Shown in pieces: positions 25,501 to 40,500 of a stretch of DNA of 64,000 nucleotides. This DNA comes from Trichoplax adhaerens (Eukaryota; Animalia; Placozoa): the NCBI RefSeq assembly GCF_000150275.1, contig NW_002060947.1, positions 3,834,335 to 3,898,334 of the forward strand. Reading direction: 5' to 3'. The notes beneath the pieces were generated by a model. It saw only the letters and a list, made by a program, of their open reading frames with translations, was not told the origin of the DNA and made no database searches. The first letter of the stretch is position 1, and each line of letters opens with the position of its first letter. Made by a program: the position numbers and the translations under genes.

Positions 25501-28500
25501 ATGTTCTAGCACTTATTTCGGGGGTATATGCTGGATTGGGTAACTTGGTGGTAATATATAATCGGAAACCTTCCAAGATATCAATTTCTTTATCACCGAC
25601 CTTGACTTTTAATGTTTTACCGATTTTGATAAAGTTCTTTTCTAAGACATTATCCAAGGCTGGATCGAGTTCTTCGTTAATGTCCTCAATCAATAATGGC
25701 CGACCTAAGGATAAACAATCTTCTAAATGCGCTCTGAAGTACTTATGATTTAATGAGGTCACTTGTAACTCATTGGGTGCTTCTCTATTTTTAATCCAAA
25801 CTTTGCCTTGGCCCTGTGGATCGATAAGCAAGGGAAATCGTGACGCTTTGGTAGCTATTAGACCATTCTCGATGGATAATTCATCATTTGGTAAACCTTG
25901 TAGATTCCACTCACCAATTGTAGCACTATCTGTTAGCATAGTTACTAAATCGAGATCTTCGGTGAATGGGATTTTTTGACGTCTCATTTCTTTCTTCCAT
26001 ACATTAGATAAGTAAGAGCGAAATTCTTGGTTAAATGGACCAGAGTAGGATAAGAAACCGGTAGCTAATAAAACATCGCCAACAAGTCTGTTAGTTTGTT
26101 CTTCAAACATTTTACTCTGTTCTGTCCATCGTATCTTTTCTCCACCTAATCCATCAATTAAAGTTGTAGCATTATTCATTTTGCGCCTACAAGTTTCTGC
26201 ATCATTAATTAGATTCTGTTTTTCAGTTACAGCTGCTTCATATTGCTTTTGAACGGCATCTAATTCAGCTTGCTTTTCGTCGAACTGATTCTGAGCCTTA
26301 GTTAAATTTCCATTCGCTTGATTTAATCTCGCTTCTTGCACCATTAGGTTAGCTTTGAGTGGCAATACTTCTTTATTAACAGCATAAAATGCACACATTG
26401 CCTTAGTCCACGATAGCAAACCTGCAACATCACCACAAGCTTTCTTAGCTGTATCTATATTGTAATCTTCGTTTGCAAAATAGATTTCCAATAATTCTAC
26501 AGTTTCATCATTAATGGAATCTTTCTGAAATTGAACCAAGGATTGTAAAAATCCACTATTATTCATCATTCTTAATGCTTCACCCCATGATGGCTTAATA
26601 GTCGGCTTTTCTGGATCAGGTTGAGTAGGATCAAGCCGTTTATTAAATAGTAATAAGACACAATCCATAATTCTCATAATTAAATGAGGCGGCTTGGCTA
26701 ATTTACGTACGGTAGCAATATGCTGTGCTTTAATAGTTTGCAATGCGGCTTCAGCTTCTTCGAGCGCTGGTTTAGCTGCTTCAAGGCGTTCCTCAGCTGC
26801 AGCTTTGTCGACAGCAATTTCATCTACAATAGCTTGTGCTTTCTCTTTTACTTTCAGAACTTGTTGTTTAACCTTTTCAGCCGCATGTGCTTTAGCTGTA
26901 ACCTCTTTTAGTACAACATCCGCTTTATCAGAAGCAATTTCTAATTCTTTCTCTTTAATAATCAGTTCTTCAGATAGCCGATTAACTGATTGCGTTGCTT
27001 CTACTAACTTATCTAAACCTGTTCTCATTCGTTCAGCAAGTAGACCAATGGATTCCTTTTGATTACGATATATTAGTTTATAACCGTTGATGAAGGATAG
27101 ATAAGATTTGGGTGTAACATGAGCTTGTCTGCGAAATCTCTCAAAGTAGTTTACACAAGCTTCAGATACTCTATCTTGGAATGTACCCATGGTGCCAATA
27201 ACACTTTGTTTCACTTTATCACTACATATAATTGGATAAGACGAGATAAAATGTTGTGCAACAGCAATTAGAGCATCTTTAGGCCATCGGCTAAACCAAT
27301 CCATTGTACATCCGCTAAATAATGCAGGAAATTTAAGTGCACGATTACGAAATTTCTCACCAACTGGTGAAAAACAGAGTACGACATGTAAATTATTTCT
27401 GACACGGGTTAAAAAGTAATCGTATAGATTTTCCAAGGTAGGTAATCGACGAGGATATTCAGCTTTCATGACTGGAATCAATTCTTGAGTAATTTCATCA
27501 ATTTCATCGCGTGCAAATAGATTGGAAACTTCTCCTGATGCTAAAACGTTATTTAGGTATTCTAAAAATGATTCATCTTTAATTTCATTATCGGTAAAAA
27601 TAAATGTTACACCTGAGCCTTGCAAGCCAGCGTTGCGGTATAAAATTTTTAAATCATCTAATAGATTCGTTACTGAATAAGATCTTGTCAAGGTAATTTG
27701 AAATATTTGATAGCCTGCAATAAAGGTCGCTAAACGTGTTAGGCTTTGCTTACCAGAGCCTCCAACTCCAACAAGGAGGCAATTGCCATGTGGTAGGCGA
27801 ATAATGCGGGATATTCGCATCAAGTGAATCATAGCATCTTTGAAAAAGACAAGATCTAAAGCAGCACCGCGAATAGCCTCATTATAAGACATTAAGTAAT
27901 GGATAAGTCGATCCGATAATTGCTCGAAACTTTCGATTGGTTCATAAATTTTAGGTGTTTCAAAATCGGAATCATCTACTTCATCACCTGTAACTTCAGG
28001 AGCATCGCGTAAGAAATCGACGAAGTAGTGCTCTTCGTTAACCAAGTTAAGGTAGCTTTCTCCAAAATCATTCTCTACAACAGTATTTAATGCTCGTTGA
28101 AACCAATCCACATCTGATTTGGATACAAATCGATCGGCAATAACACGTAGACATTCGTGCTTCCATAATGTAAAGAGATTTTTTGGATGGTTGATGACAT
28201 CAGATGTTGCAGCTAACATTCCTTGCCAAATTCGTGATAAATCTCGCAAATTGAAAACATAATGAAATTTAGCTGGTGTAGGCAACATTTTCACTTTGGT
28301 TTTTTGCCATAATCGACGCGTTGCAGACGCTAATGATTCAATTAGAGATGTGATAGCCTGATTAAAGCCTCTCCCTGCACAAAAGTATCCTTCACCAATG
28401 GTTCTAAATATTTTATCAATAGAAGCATCCGATGGTAAAGTGCAATTAAATATAGCAAATTGTCGCTTTAGTCGGCTAGGAATATCGTTACGACCACCAC

Positions 28501-31500
28501 CAGGTTGTATCATAGCCGCAATAAATTGAAGGTCAGCAATATTTGTAAAATCACCCGGTTTTTCTAAATTATAAAATCCTTTCATTTCCATTAATTGACG
28601 GACAATCTCATTAGTTACCTGGTCTCCCCATTCATTGATGGTCGGCATGTTAATATCATCGACAAAAACTGTCATTTTCTTACCAGCTGGAGGCCCAAAT
28701 GTACTACCCATACGTTTATCAACGTAGCTTTCGATAGATCTCTGGAAAAGTATAGGCGTGGATGCTGATGAGAAATTTAAACTTTTGACTAAGTGCCTTT
28801 CTGGATCATAATTAGCCATGTATTTTTTAATCATAACAGTTTTAGCTGTACCCTGTTCACCTATCAATAACACAGCTTTATGTTGTTTAGCAATGGTATC
28901 AATTAAGAAATTAGTTCGAACGTTATCGACATTGGGTACAAGGATGGATGAATATTCCGGTGTTGAATCTGTAGGGTAGAAATAATTAGGAACTTTTTCA
29001 GACCAGTGTATCCATTCTCCTTTCTCGTTGACAAGGTACTCAAATATAGTATCTTCACTGGATTGCAAATCAGGTAAATTCTGCACATTTCGGTTGATAA
29101 GAAAATCTTGTAATTTTCTTCTATCATCTAATTCAATTAAAGCTCCCAAGCTCCACATTAATGCAAATATAAACAACCTATCTAGGTAAGCTTCATCGAA
29201 TTCTTTTGCATTATCGTCATTACTGGAAATTAAACCTTCCAGTAAACTTATCGCTTGAGCAATATAATTGCATTCTAGCACATCCATTTTACTATGTAAT
29301 TCTCGAACTACAAAGTTATATGCATCATCGAATAGACCTTCAAATAAAACGGTTAATTTCTGAGCTTGATTGACAGGTCTTCTTTTTAGCCAACTTTGCA
29401 ATATTGGGCGCCAATCTAATACTGATGAGCTCATATATACCATACCATTTCTAGAAACAGTAGCAGGTGATGCATTATCAATATTATGCGGCTCAAAAAT
29501 GATTTTACATGTTGAGGACATGGGTATACGATCACCGTTAGCTAACGTTAAAGTTTTATTATCATCCAGGACACTATTTAAATTTTCAATCCAGATGGCA
29601 TCAACTGGGCCATCCAAAACGATCCAGATATGTTCTCCCTTCTTGGTTTTAAGTGTTTTCCGCCATAAAGCAGAAAATACTCCATCTGTCCAATCATTAG
29701 TCGATACATCTAATTTACCAAACATTTCCGATGCGGTAATAGCTTTGGGATTCATTCTCATTTCACGATGTGGTATACCAATATCGGTCATTGCTTTCAT
29801 TAACGTTTGTATACAGGTAGTTTTACCAGCCCCACTAGGTCCTAATGCCATCATACCATGGCGAACACGCTGAGTTTCATATAACTGAATTAATTTCAAC
29901 ACCCATGGTGGATGATATATTAGACCAGCATCTTCAGCTTGTTTACAAATTGCACCTTCTAACTCGGGATATCCAGCCTTTTCAAGTTGGATACCGGGGA
30001 ATAGATCATCGATCAAACTCAAGAAAAGGGGTTCGTCTTCATCAACAAGTTTGCTTAAATTCATGTCTCTTAGAACACGCATCATAATTGTACTTTCACT
30101 GTCATCAGGATGGGATCGCTTTGCTGCACCAAGAGTACGCAGAACGGATAATATATTTCGAAGACCGAAATCGTAATGCACCTGCTTGGTAAGCTGCTCT
30201 TCGCAAAGTTTATACAAGATGAAAAATTTACGAGCTAGAATTTGATTGTTTTGAAATCCACAACTAGCTAACTTGACTCGAATAATAATTTGCCGGTCAG
30301 GTACCATCATCGCAACTGTTCTAAATTGTATTTTTAAATTTTCAGGAAGTTCTTGCCTTCCTGCATAGCCAGGATTCATGGTTAAGAATAATCCAAATTC
30401 TGGATTAAGATCAACAACATCACCATCAGTGAATATAAACTGTCTTTTCCTTTCTTTTTTACATGTTAACACAACAGCAATTTGTTGGGCTGCTACAGAT
30501 AGTACTGGTAATTCAATACGATTAAATTCATCGAAACAACCCCAACTTCCTGATTGTGCTAATCCCTTATAGATACGGCCCAAACCTCTATAGTCCATTT
30601 GATCGGAGCAATTAAAAACAACAACATATTTACCAAGTGCTTTTCCCATATCTTTCACAGTTTCTGTTTTTCCTGTACCAGCAGGGCCAGCAGGTGCTCC
30701 ACCCATAGCCATGCCAAGAGCTTGCGCTAGCGTAATATAACATCTATCAGTTAATGGAGTTACAACAAGGCGTTCACAGCATCCTAGAAATTCATTCTGA
30801 TATGTAAAGTCGACATCAGTAATCGAAATGATACACTGATCTGAGTCTTCACGGAAATAAAATCGTGATTGCTTCAACCATTCGAAATCTGTTGGTGATC
30901 GGATATGCATACGAACCTACAATAAAATTAAATTAACGGCGTCAGAAAAGAGATGTATTATATACTTTATGCCTATAGCTTACAATCTATTACTTGTAAG
31001 TATGAATACTTACTAAATCATCGAAGATATCCCTCTGATGGACATGAATAGTGATTAGAGTTTCATATTTGACACGTTTAGACTTTGGCAATTCTTTCGT
31101 TGTAACTTCAATTAGACCGTTCAAGATTTCTTGAAAGTGTTGGTTTGTATGAGACATGATCTATTATCGTATAAGAGAAATTAAAAAATTGAAGTTATTT
31201 TTTCAAGATAATCTAAAACGTTATCATATTAAATCGTTGCTCGATGTAAGAAATTTAACCTTTTTATCATATTTGGCATTATGTAAAGCTTCCTCACTGT
31301 CTCGAGTCCATATCATTTGCAGACCTAGTAATCCAACCTAAGATGGATACTAATATTTAGCAAGGATAAATCTAAATAATTTAATAACATAATTTACAAT
31401 GATCACCATACCTGTGCAGGGTATGTATCTAAGAAATCAACCAAATTAAATGGTTGATCTTGTATCGCCAAAGCTGCCATTCGAATAATGAGATGTAAGG

Positions 31501-34500
31501 ATTTCTGAGCGGCATTAAGCAAGGCCCCCAACCATACTTCGACATTCCCTTGGGCCATAACAGGTTTTTCTAATTCGATTGTTTCGCCTTCCTTTGAATT
31601 AACTGCAATAATTCTATCATATTCTTTATCGTGGAAGGTCGCGGTTTTGATATTATCGAATATTCCCAAAAGATGTGACTAAATTGTCCAAGTAGTAAAG
31701 ATTGAAAGCGTGATTAATTTAGGTTTACTATATAACATATTGCGATATTTTCCTATAAAATGGTAATTACCAATCTATTTGTAATACTTAGATCATTACC
31801 TGAATAGTATGCGAATCGCTAGCCTGTCCTAGTATCTCCAACAAAGCAGGGTCAGAAACAAAGAAAAATCTTGGGAATACTAAACGTTTCTTTTCAAGGT
31901 ATCTAAATTAAATTTGGCAGATATAACGATGTGTTAAAAACATCAGTATTTCTAGAGAGGAAATTAAAAATTGAATATGTTATTTGTACCCGCTAAGGGA
32001 TTTTTGACACATTTCAAGTTGTTCAAGTAAATGAGGCAAAAGTTGGCAAAGCATATCATCTCCCACGCAACATTGTACGACATTATCGATTTCATGAGCT
32101 CGGAGCATGATCTTGACCCAGGATTTATCAATATTGTTAAATCGTTTAGCTTCCTAATATTAAAAATGAATAAAAACCAATCCATTGTGATACTCTAATC
32201 CGATTTCATTTGATGGATTCCGATTAGATCATTGTATTCCTTACAAACCTGAGGCAACTGCTTAGCAATATCGCCACCGACGAATACGGCTTCTAAGTAA
32301 ATCCATAAATTCTGCACAGCTAGCCAGCTTTCAATAATTTCAGTCGTACCGGATAATTTTTGAACCCATTGTTGAATAGAAGATTTGAAAGGAGCATTAT
32401 ATCTAGAATAGTAAAAATATTAATCAGTATGTACTCCATAATTGTGTTATCTACTAAAACATAATTCGGAGTAGTGCATATACGCGTATATTATATTATA
32501 GCTATATCCTGTTTTAACTAAAGTACGATACCTGTTACTCATTAGAGAGCCAAGAATCATAAGGCTATCTTCCATAAGAGACACAGTCTCAGCAGTATCT
32601 GCGCCTTTTAATAGTAAATCACCACGATTTTTAAATGTTGCAAAAGCAAAGACTTGTGTTTGCCAATCATTCACAACAGATTTCAATTTAGCTTCAATAT
32701 CGCGCTCTTTCACGGCGGAAATGCATATATCCTGTTGATGCAGCAAATTGAGGGAAAGGCCAAGAAAGTTTTATAAACCAAGACGACTTTGACCATCATC
32801 GCTAACACTTTAGATATGAGAATGCACTTACCTCGATATCTTCCTTGCATTCGAGTAATGGAGCTTCCATGAGAGTTCTTAAGGTAAAAGAATCCGATTC
32901 AACGTCTAAGATACATTTCGTTAACTCAGCAATTCTTTGCCAATGACGTGCTTTCATTGCTTTATGCGACATCATTTCCAGAAGAGGACATGTCTCATTA
33001 AAATCATCAATTTTCTTCTTAAGATCATTATACGCCTGCCACTCTTTTAAAGCTTTAGGTAATTTCCGACATCTATGAATATCAAAAATAGAACTTGATA
33101 TCGTATGGGAAATACACGGTACATTTATTTAAATTTATTCAATACCGCTAAGCGAACTTTCTTTAAACATCATGCTTATATATTTAGCTTGGATTATTGA
33201 TTTATTTACATTAGATACTGTACCTGCTCTGAAATTCCTGTAATTCTCCATTAATTTTTTGAATATCCACGTCAGTCCAGAGTAGATCATAATAGCCATT
33301 AACACGATCGATGACAGCATTATACAAGCTATATAACTTCTGTAAAAGATTTAATTCGCGTTTTACACGCTGTAAATTTGGATACTCTGTAACGGGTAGG
33401 CCAAACAATTGCTCTCCTTCTGAGTATGTGGTGTATTTGCTCCATAAATCATCAAATCTTGCTTGAAAGATTGTTAATCGTTCACTAGCATCGGTTGGTG
33501 GAATACTATGTACCATTGGGCCTCTGTTATGATGTTAGCCAATTTCATATGGGAATATAAGATATCATTTTATGTTAAAAGGAATTTATGATTACGTTAA
33601 TGCAGCTACTAGATTACCTTTCATCATATTCTGTAACGTAGTTTTCCAGAGTTACTGAAAAATTCTTTACAGATGTTAATAAGTTTGCTTTAAAATCTGG
33701 TTCTATTTTGAGGAGAGTTGCTTGTACTGAATTGGCCTATAGAAAACAAACAGTCATCACGCTTTATTCGAAATATTCTTTATTTGATTACATAGCATAA
33801 GAAATAGGAATACTGACCTGAGCATTTAATTTCTTCCAGCTATAGTTAAGGGTATCCACTCTTTCTGCATCGCTTCCAGAGAACGTCATATTAAATCGGT
33901 TAAGCAAAGCGAAAGACTCTTCAATAGGGCTGATAGTCATATCGATCCTTTTGAAAAATAATTACAAATGTTGATTTTATATGCAAATCTTTCAACTGAA
34001 ATCTATTTCAATTTAAAATATTGTCATGCTTCATGCCTGTTCCACTTTACGTCAATTTAAACTAAGAATACAGTTTCCAAACCTTATTTCAGCTTCACGG
34101 ATTTCCATCAAAGCAGCCATGCTACCACGTACATCATCAAGATCTTTAATAGGTCTACTTAAACGCTTTGCCATATTCTCTATAAAAGAGAATATTAACT
34201 CCATATCGGCGCTTGCCTGAAAAGTTGCAGAATGAAATAGAGCTCATGACTATTCAGATGCAATAACTAATTTGACGCTGCAGCAATTGACAATACCTTA
34301 TGATTAAGAGCACGGCCGAAAGCTTTCTTCCAGGACGATGTTTCCGCTTTTAACGATTTCTTGAGAAGTTCTGTCGTAAATACTACTGATCCAACACGAT
34401 AACTTGTAGGTAGGGAATCTATCATTTCTTCCATTTTCTAGAATAGGTTTAAATAAGAATAAAAGAGAATAAAAAAATCAATTAAACATCATGACAAGTA

Positions 34501-37500
34501 TCAAATAAACTATCTGACTTACTTCATATCTGCGAATTTGATTTTCAAATTCCGACAATGTTGGTGAATTCTGCATGAATAATCTAACCCGTTCATTAGG
34601 ATCCTATACAAATAGTCATAGAAACATTAAAGTTGGTCTGATCTTGTCCTCTTTAGCTACGATGGTAATATAAATAGTTGCAGTCATTTTTGTGCTTTGC
34701 TACCTCGCTCCATAATTCCGAGAAATGAGAAAGTTCTTTCACAACTTCTTGAACGTTTAATTTAGAGGTGTTTATAATCGTATTCAAGGTAATAATGACT
34801 TTAACAATGTCTCTATGCTCGGAAATAATCTTGTAATATTGCTGTTGATTCAGATTCGATGATACAACGGGCAAATTAAGCGCACGACTTTCATCAGCTT
34901 GTGCTAAAACTAACGATAACTCGCCAGAAAGGACTTGCTGTTTCCAGATAGGAATATTCTTATAAATATAAGTAAAGAACGATTAATACTCTAATCAAGT
35001 AAGCCTTGTTTTAATCCACATTAAATTTTCCACATCTAAGATAAAAAGAATGGATCATCATAATATTCCTAAGGGTATCTACCTGTGACATTTTAACGAC
35101 TGTTTGTACAGCTTTGTTTAAATATTGCTGGATATCATCCAAGCTTGGTTTCATGATGATAGAAGGCAACGCTAAGACAATGTTGGACTACAAAGTAATC
35201 ACTAAGTTAACTTGGGAAGAACTTTGGACTTATACACCTACACATAATCACTTAATACACTCAATCTTACCTTAAATAATGGCAATTTAATATCCCCTGG
35301 TCGTGTATTATTGTCTTTAGAGTTATACTTATTAGAGCTTTGTATTCTTCGTTTTATAGAATCTAGGGATAATCTTGTACCTATTCAATCAACATAATAG
35401 CCATAACTGTAAGAGTCTATAATTCAACGCTTTTAGCTTCGTTCTATACATTGGCTAACATACATTTAACCAAAGCATCTATATTCCGCTGGTTGAAATA
35501 TCCATAAAGAGGAAGACAACATGAAGGCAATGTATATGAAGCCGTTGGTTTAATCTTGTTCTCTTGGTTCGAGGCTTCATAGGATAGCTATGTAAAGATC
35601 ATAATCAGAATGGATTTTGCAATTTTATTCATAGCAAAAACTAGCAAATTTTAAATGATGTCAAAATCTATAATTACTTCTAGATTTTCTTGCTCTATTG
35701 GTTTCATACGGCTCCATAATGTATCAATAAGCTCTAAAACCGATGATTCTACTAGCTGACTCTGCCTATATTCATCAGTAAAGCAATTACAAGATTAAGT
35801 AAAAGAGATCAATAGTTACTATTCGATTTTAACAGTTTCATACCTTGTTAAGTATTCACAAGCTTCTTCACAAGATTTTTCCGTATGCTCAATGAAATCA
35901 GTAACCGTTGCTGGTTCATCAGATAGATCACATAATGGAGTCAAGCTCATACTTTCTAACACTTTTTCAATCCTGACTTCTAATATATCTGATATCTAGA
36001 GTTATTTGGATAAGAATTCTACAGTCAACAGTGATAAAATTAAAACAGAAAACTACAGTAACTATTACCAACGTTGATATCATCCAAGGGGACTATTTTA
36101 CTACTAGCAAACACCTGATTCTGCTGGCTTTCGTTTATTACAGATAGTATATGCGTGTAAGAGAAATATTAGCCTATTACTAGAAAATGTCTAATTCTGT
36201 CAGCTTTCCTTAATTACAGAGAATATTCAAGAGATTTTACTGCACAGAATGTATCACTTCATTCCAGAAATATTACTGATTACAGGTACTATTTTTACTG
36301 TACTATGGGTAGAAAAGTATTCGTCGTACGAGCTTTTCATTAACTCGTTGTAAATATTATTTAAGAAATTAATTTTAATTTTTATGGTGTGTACCTGCTT
36401 TACTAGTTTTCTTAAGAAGTTCAAAGCTAGATAGATATTGTCAATGTCTATGTAAATTGGAAGAAGATTGGATAAGTTTTAAATTCAAAGAATAGACAAA
36501 TGACCTAATTGAATTTAGTTTAAAAGACATACAAGAATCGATATTAAGGGATGTCCAAGTAAGCATGGTCAATCCAGGTCCTATAGCGTCGTCAACACGA
36601 TTTACGAAAGGATCTATTAATGATCTTACAATTTCCGGAATAGATTTAACTGTTTTATGATATTCTCCTAGGACTTGATGCAATCTATGTTTATTTGTTG
36701 ACAGAAATTAAATTATTAAGAAAATTTGAAAATTGATCATGCTAAGAATGAATTAAATGACTGTACCGATCGTAAACTGCCTTGATTCTATCTTCATTTA
36801 AGCATAGAACTTGTGCCGATTCCGGAATCTAGATTAATTGGAATTAGGGTAATTAAGATTTTTCAAGTCATATCGCGTATAACCCTTTAATGTATCCTTG
36901 AAAAAAGATTATACCTCTAAGCTTAGTCGTCGTAAAGCTTTTGCTTCTGTCACTAGCTCCAATACTTGAGGATCAAAGTTAACAAATAGAGTCTAAAGTG
37001 CAATGATCGCAATATTATCAGTGAGAAGTTTTTATGCTCAGTAAACTATCGACGTATTAATAGTATACCTTGTTTTCTGGATGCTTTATGAGGAGCGTTG
37101 CTTGCAAACCGGATTTGGCAGCATCTACTGCTCTAAACCATCCGCGATGATATAACAACTGCACAAATTGTTCCGTAATAAATAAACAAGACATTAGCCC
37201 TTCTACAATATCATTTTTAATGTAGTAAAGCATGCAGAATGCAAAAAAAAACGGTAAATTACCTCAAATTCCATTAGCACAGAAGCCAATTTATTAAAAT
37301 TACGTATAATTCTTCGCGCTTCGTCGGTCTACGGCAAATAAAAAACATTATTAGTCAGCAATAGTATGGGAAGAAACGAGCAAAGTACTCGTCTTTAGTA
37401 TGGTATATAATTTCCCAAAACCTTTAAAATATTTGGCTTTGTCTTGAACACTTTCATCGGTTCATCAATTCGGCGAAATAGTTGGCGCACCCATGTTATT

Positions 37501-40500
37501 TTTCCTGCAATCTGTGAAGATCCGATTTCATATATGAAAGTGTTTAGAAAAAGTGAGTTAATATCATTAGCTTGTGTAACTGTTAAAATGAAAAAATTCA
37601 GTTTTAAGTACTAGAAAGAGTAAATTGAAATATTATTAGTCGGACTAATTCTCTTTACAAGGGGAAGACGTAATTTCAATTCATAGAAAGACAAACTAGA
37701 CGTTATTAGACTCTTCGACACTTTCCCAAAGTGTAAATTATTTTTAGGTGATAGAATGAGTAAGTTTCCTTTCTGGTGATTGAAAGGATAAACTAGGTGT
37801 TTATAATTTGTTTAACATTTTACTATTATTAGATTTAATTTCAGGTAGCAGAAAGAGTAATTAGGATGCCATCTGTTGAATTAAGCTTTCTCACTAAGAA
37901 TAGTTTTTAAGTCATAAAAAAAGATAATCGGCTTTTCACTAGCCTTTCCAACTTTCTTACCGGAGGTAAATTGCGAGCTATGGGGGGATCTTGTTTAAAT
38001 TTCTGATAGATTTTACGAGTTATCTCCAAATCCCTAAAATAATCATAAATCCATTTAATGAAAATTAAGCACAACAACTAATTTAGTGAAGAATGTAAAC
38101 TAAAAATGAGCTGCTACTAACCTGCCGTAATTAAATAAAACATTGGTATATTTTTCCGTCAAGTCAAGATTGGAGTTTCCAATTTTTTCAAATTTTTGCA
38201 ATAGTTCTAGCGCTTGAGGAGTGGATAAACCTCGATCAAACCACGAATCAAGAAATGCTTGCAATTGGCCATTGAGGACTTCAATTTGCCTTTTAAATTC
38301 CTCATAATCGGTATCAAATTCTCCTTTGCGATGCTCTAAGATATCATAACTTTTCTTTTTTGTACCAGCTACAATAGCTTGATAACGTGTAATAATATTA
38401 TTAATGCCTTCAATTCGAATCTCAGTAACACCAGACAGCTCTTCCATCGATATTAACATATCAGACAATTTCTCCAGACGTTTGCAAAATGTATCGAATT
38501 TGCCAAAAATATAATTTTCGCTGAACTCGAATTGGCGCTCACTGGAATTTTCGGCTAATTTAGCTTTGGTACGGTGAAAACATCTTTGATAAGCTTCATT
38601 CAATTCACAAGACTGCTTCAATTTTTTCAATAATAGAGGCCTAGGTTGGTCCCAAATTTTTTGCGAGCCTTCGCGAATATAACTCTTACATGTAGTTATC
38701 ATTTGATTTGTAACTTTGACGAAAAGCGATGTCATACGTTCAGAAGTGTTATAATATTGAGAATAGCTATGGATCATTCTAATCGCATTCATTAAGCTAG
38801 GGATATGTTCGATCATTTCGGTCTATAAATAAAAATACAGAATGATAGTATAAGTTATATATTTAACTAGAGGCAGGACTGATCAATACAGGAGGAATGC
38901 CTTTTAATGTGGCTATAGGTATCATTTACGCCAACATGCTTCGAGAAGATACAATTATAGAATTACCGGAGAACATTTGGAAAGTGGAGCAAAAAATTTA
39001 TCCAAGGTATAAAGATATTTAACATTATCTTTAGCTTCGTTAGCGGCATCAGTAATTCTGATATCCTAAAAGAATATAAGAAAAAATGAAAATGTTAGCG
39101 ATGGAAGCAAAGAACAGAATTCTATAAACTCGATAATTAGAGGAACGAAGTTTTATTTCGACTCTATTTTTAAAGTAAATTTTCTCAACTCTAACTTACT
39201 AATTCTTTCCAGTATTTAATTGTTTTAGATTTGGCTGCTTGCAATACGCCAATAACTGTTTTACAGTTTGCACACTTGATTTGATCCAGCAAGCTTAATT
39301 TTATAAATAAGAGAGAGATGAACGATTTTTACTTAGCTACATGTTTCAAAAAAGATAGTATGATTTTCAGTCAAGAAATTTCATCCTCTGATATTTTATA
39401 CCTGTTAAATTTGGCCATTCTTTTTCGCCAATGTTCAAGCTCCGCAGCTGGACCAATATCATCGGCTTCTTTACGCATCTATATAGTTTTTTATAGAATA
39501 TGGTCATTAGTCGATAGATTACATTACAAGGTACAGCGTAAATTATTGTCTGAATCTTAGAATTAATAACTCTTAACATGTATGAATACGTTAAACATTC
39601 CTTTACGGACAACTGTTTCACTACATACTTGTTCGCTTTCTGCAAGGACTTGTTCAATCTGTTTAAACCAAATATTAACATATCCTTCCAGGTTGAATAC
39701 TAGCTCGGTATTATAAGCTGATGAATTTAACAAAATAAATTTTAAATCCAATATTTAATTGATGCATAACAATATTGAGCAAGTAAATTCGCTTAATGAC
39801 AGTAACTAACATTTAAATATATACAACTGATCAGTTCATGCATAAAAAATAAAGCATCAAGATTACATACCAGCCAAAGCAAAATCTGCTGGAGATGATA
39901 ATTCCTTTATTAGATTATTTAGACCATCATCTTCTAATATAACTCTGTATTTGAAAGTGTTATTACAGTGATACAAATTAAGTGATTTAGAAAATTTAGC
40001 ATAAAATTCAAGGTGGATATCTACTTTTATTTGCTTTTATAAATAATTAAATTACCTATCATTTAGATGTACACGTGCACCCGATAAAGTACTTATAAAT
40101 CTGTCCAATGTATCAAAAAATTCATTTTGAGGCTTGTTAGGCCCACTTTCTTTGATGTATCCCCAGTCCTATAAGATATCAATATGGTATAGTTTAAGAG
40201 CACCAATTTTTATTAATTATAGGCGTAATTGATTTGATATTCAAATCTACTTTTCTATAATTGCTTTGTGGATATTACGTCGTACCGTTCGAGATTTTAA
40301 GGCGGGTAATAAAATGGTAGATAGGTGTTTTTCGAGACCCTCAAGAATACCTTTAGTCATATCAATTTGACCGTAACTGACGTCCTTGATTATTAATGGA
40401 AAGTAAAATTCAAATATATGCTTTAATTGTGCATACTGGCTGAATTAACGATCTGCTTTCGCATATAGATCCGCTATCGAGGTAAAAATCTTAATCGGAT

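Noticed and set aside
22679-30572. Multiple antisense or alternative-frame ORFs inside the two giant dynein exons
   Set aside because: Shadow ORFs of a long coding sequence; no independent motifs.
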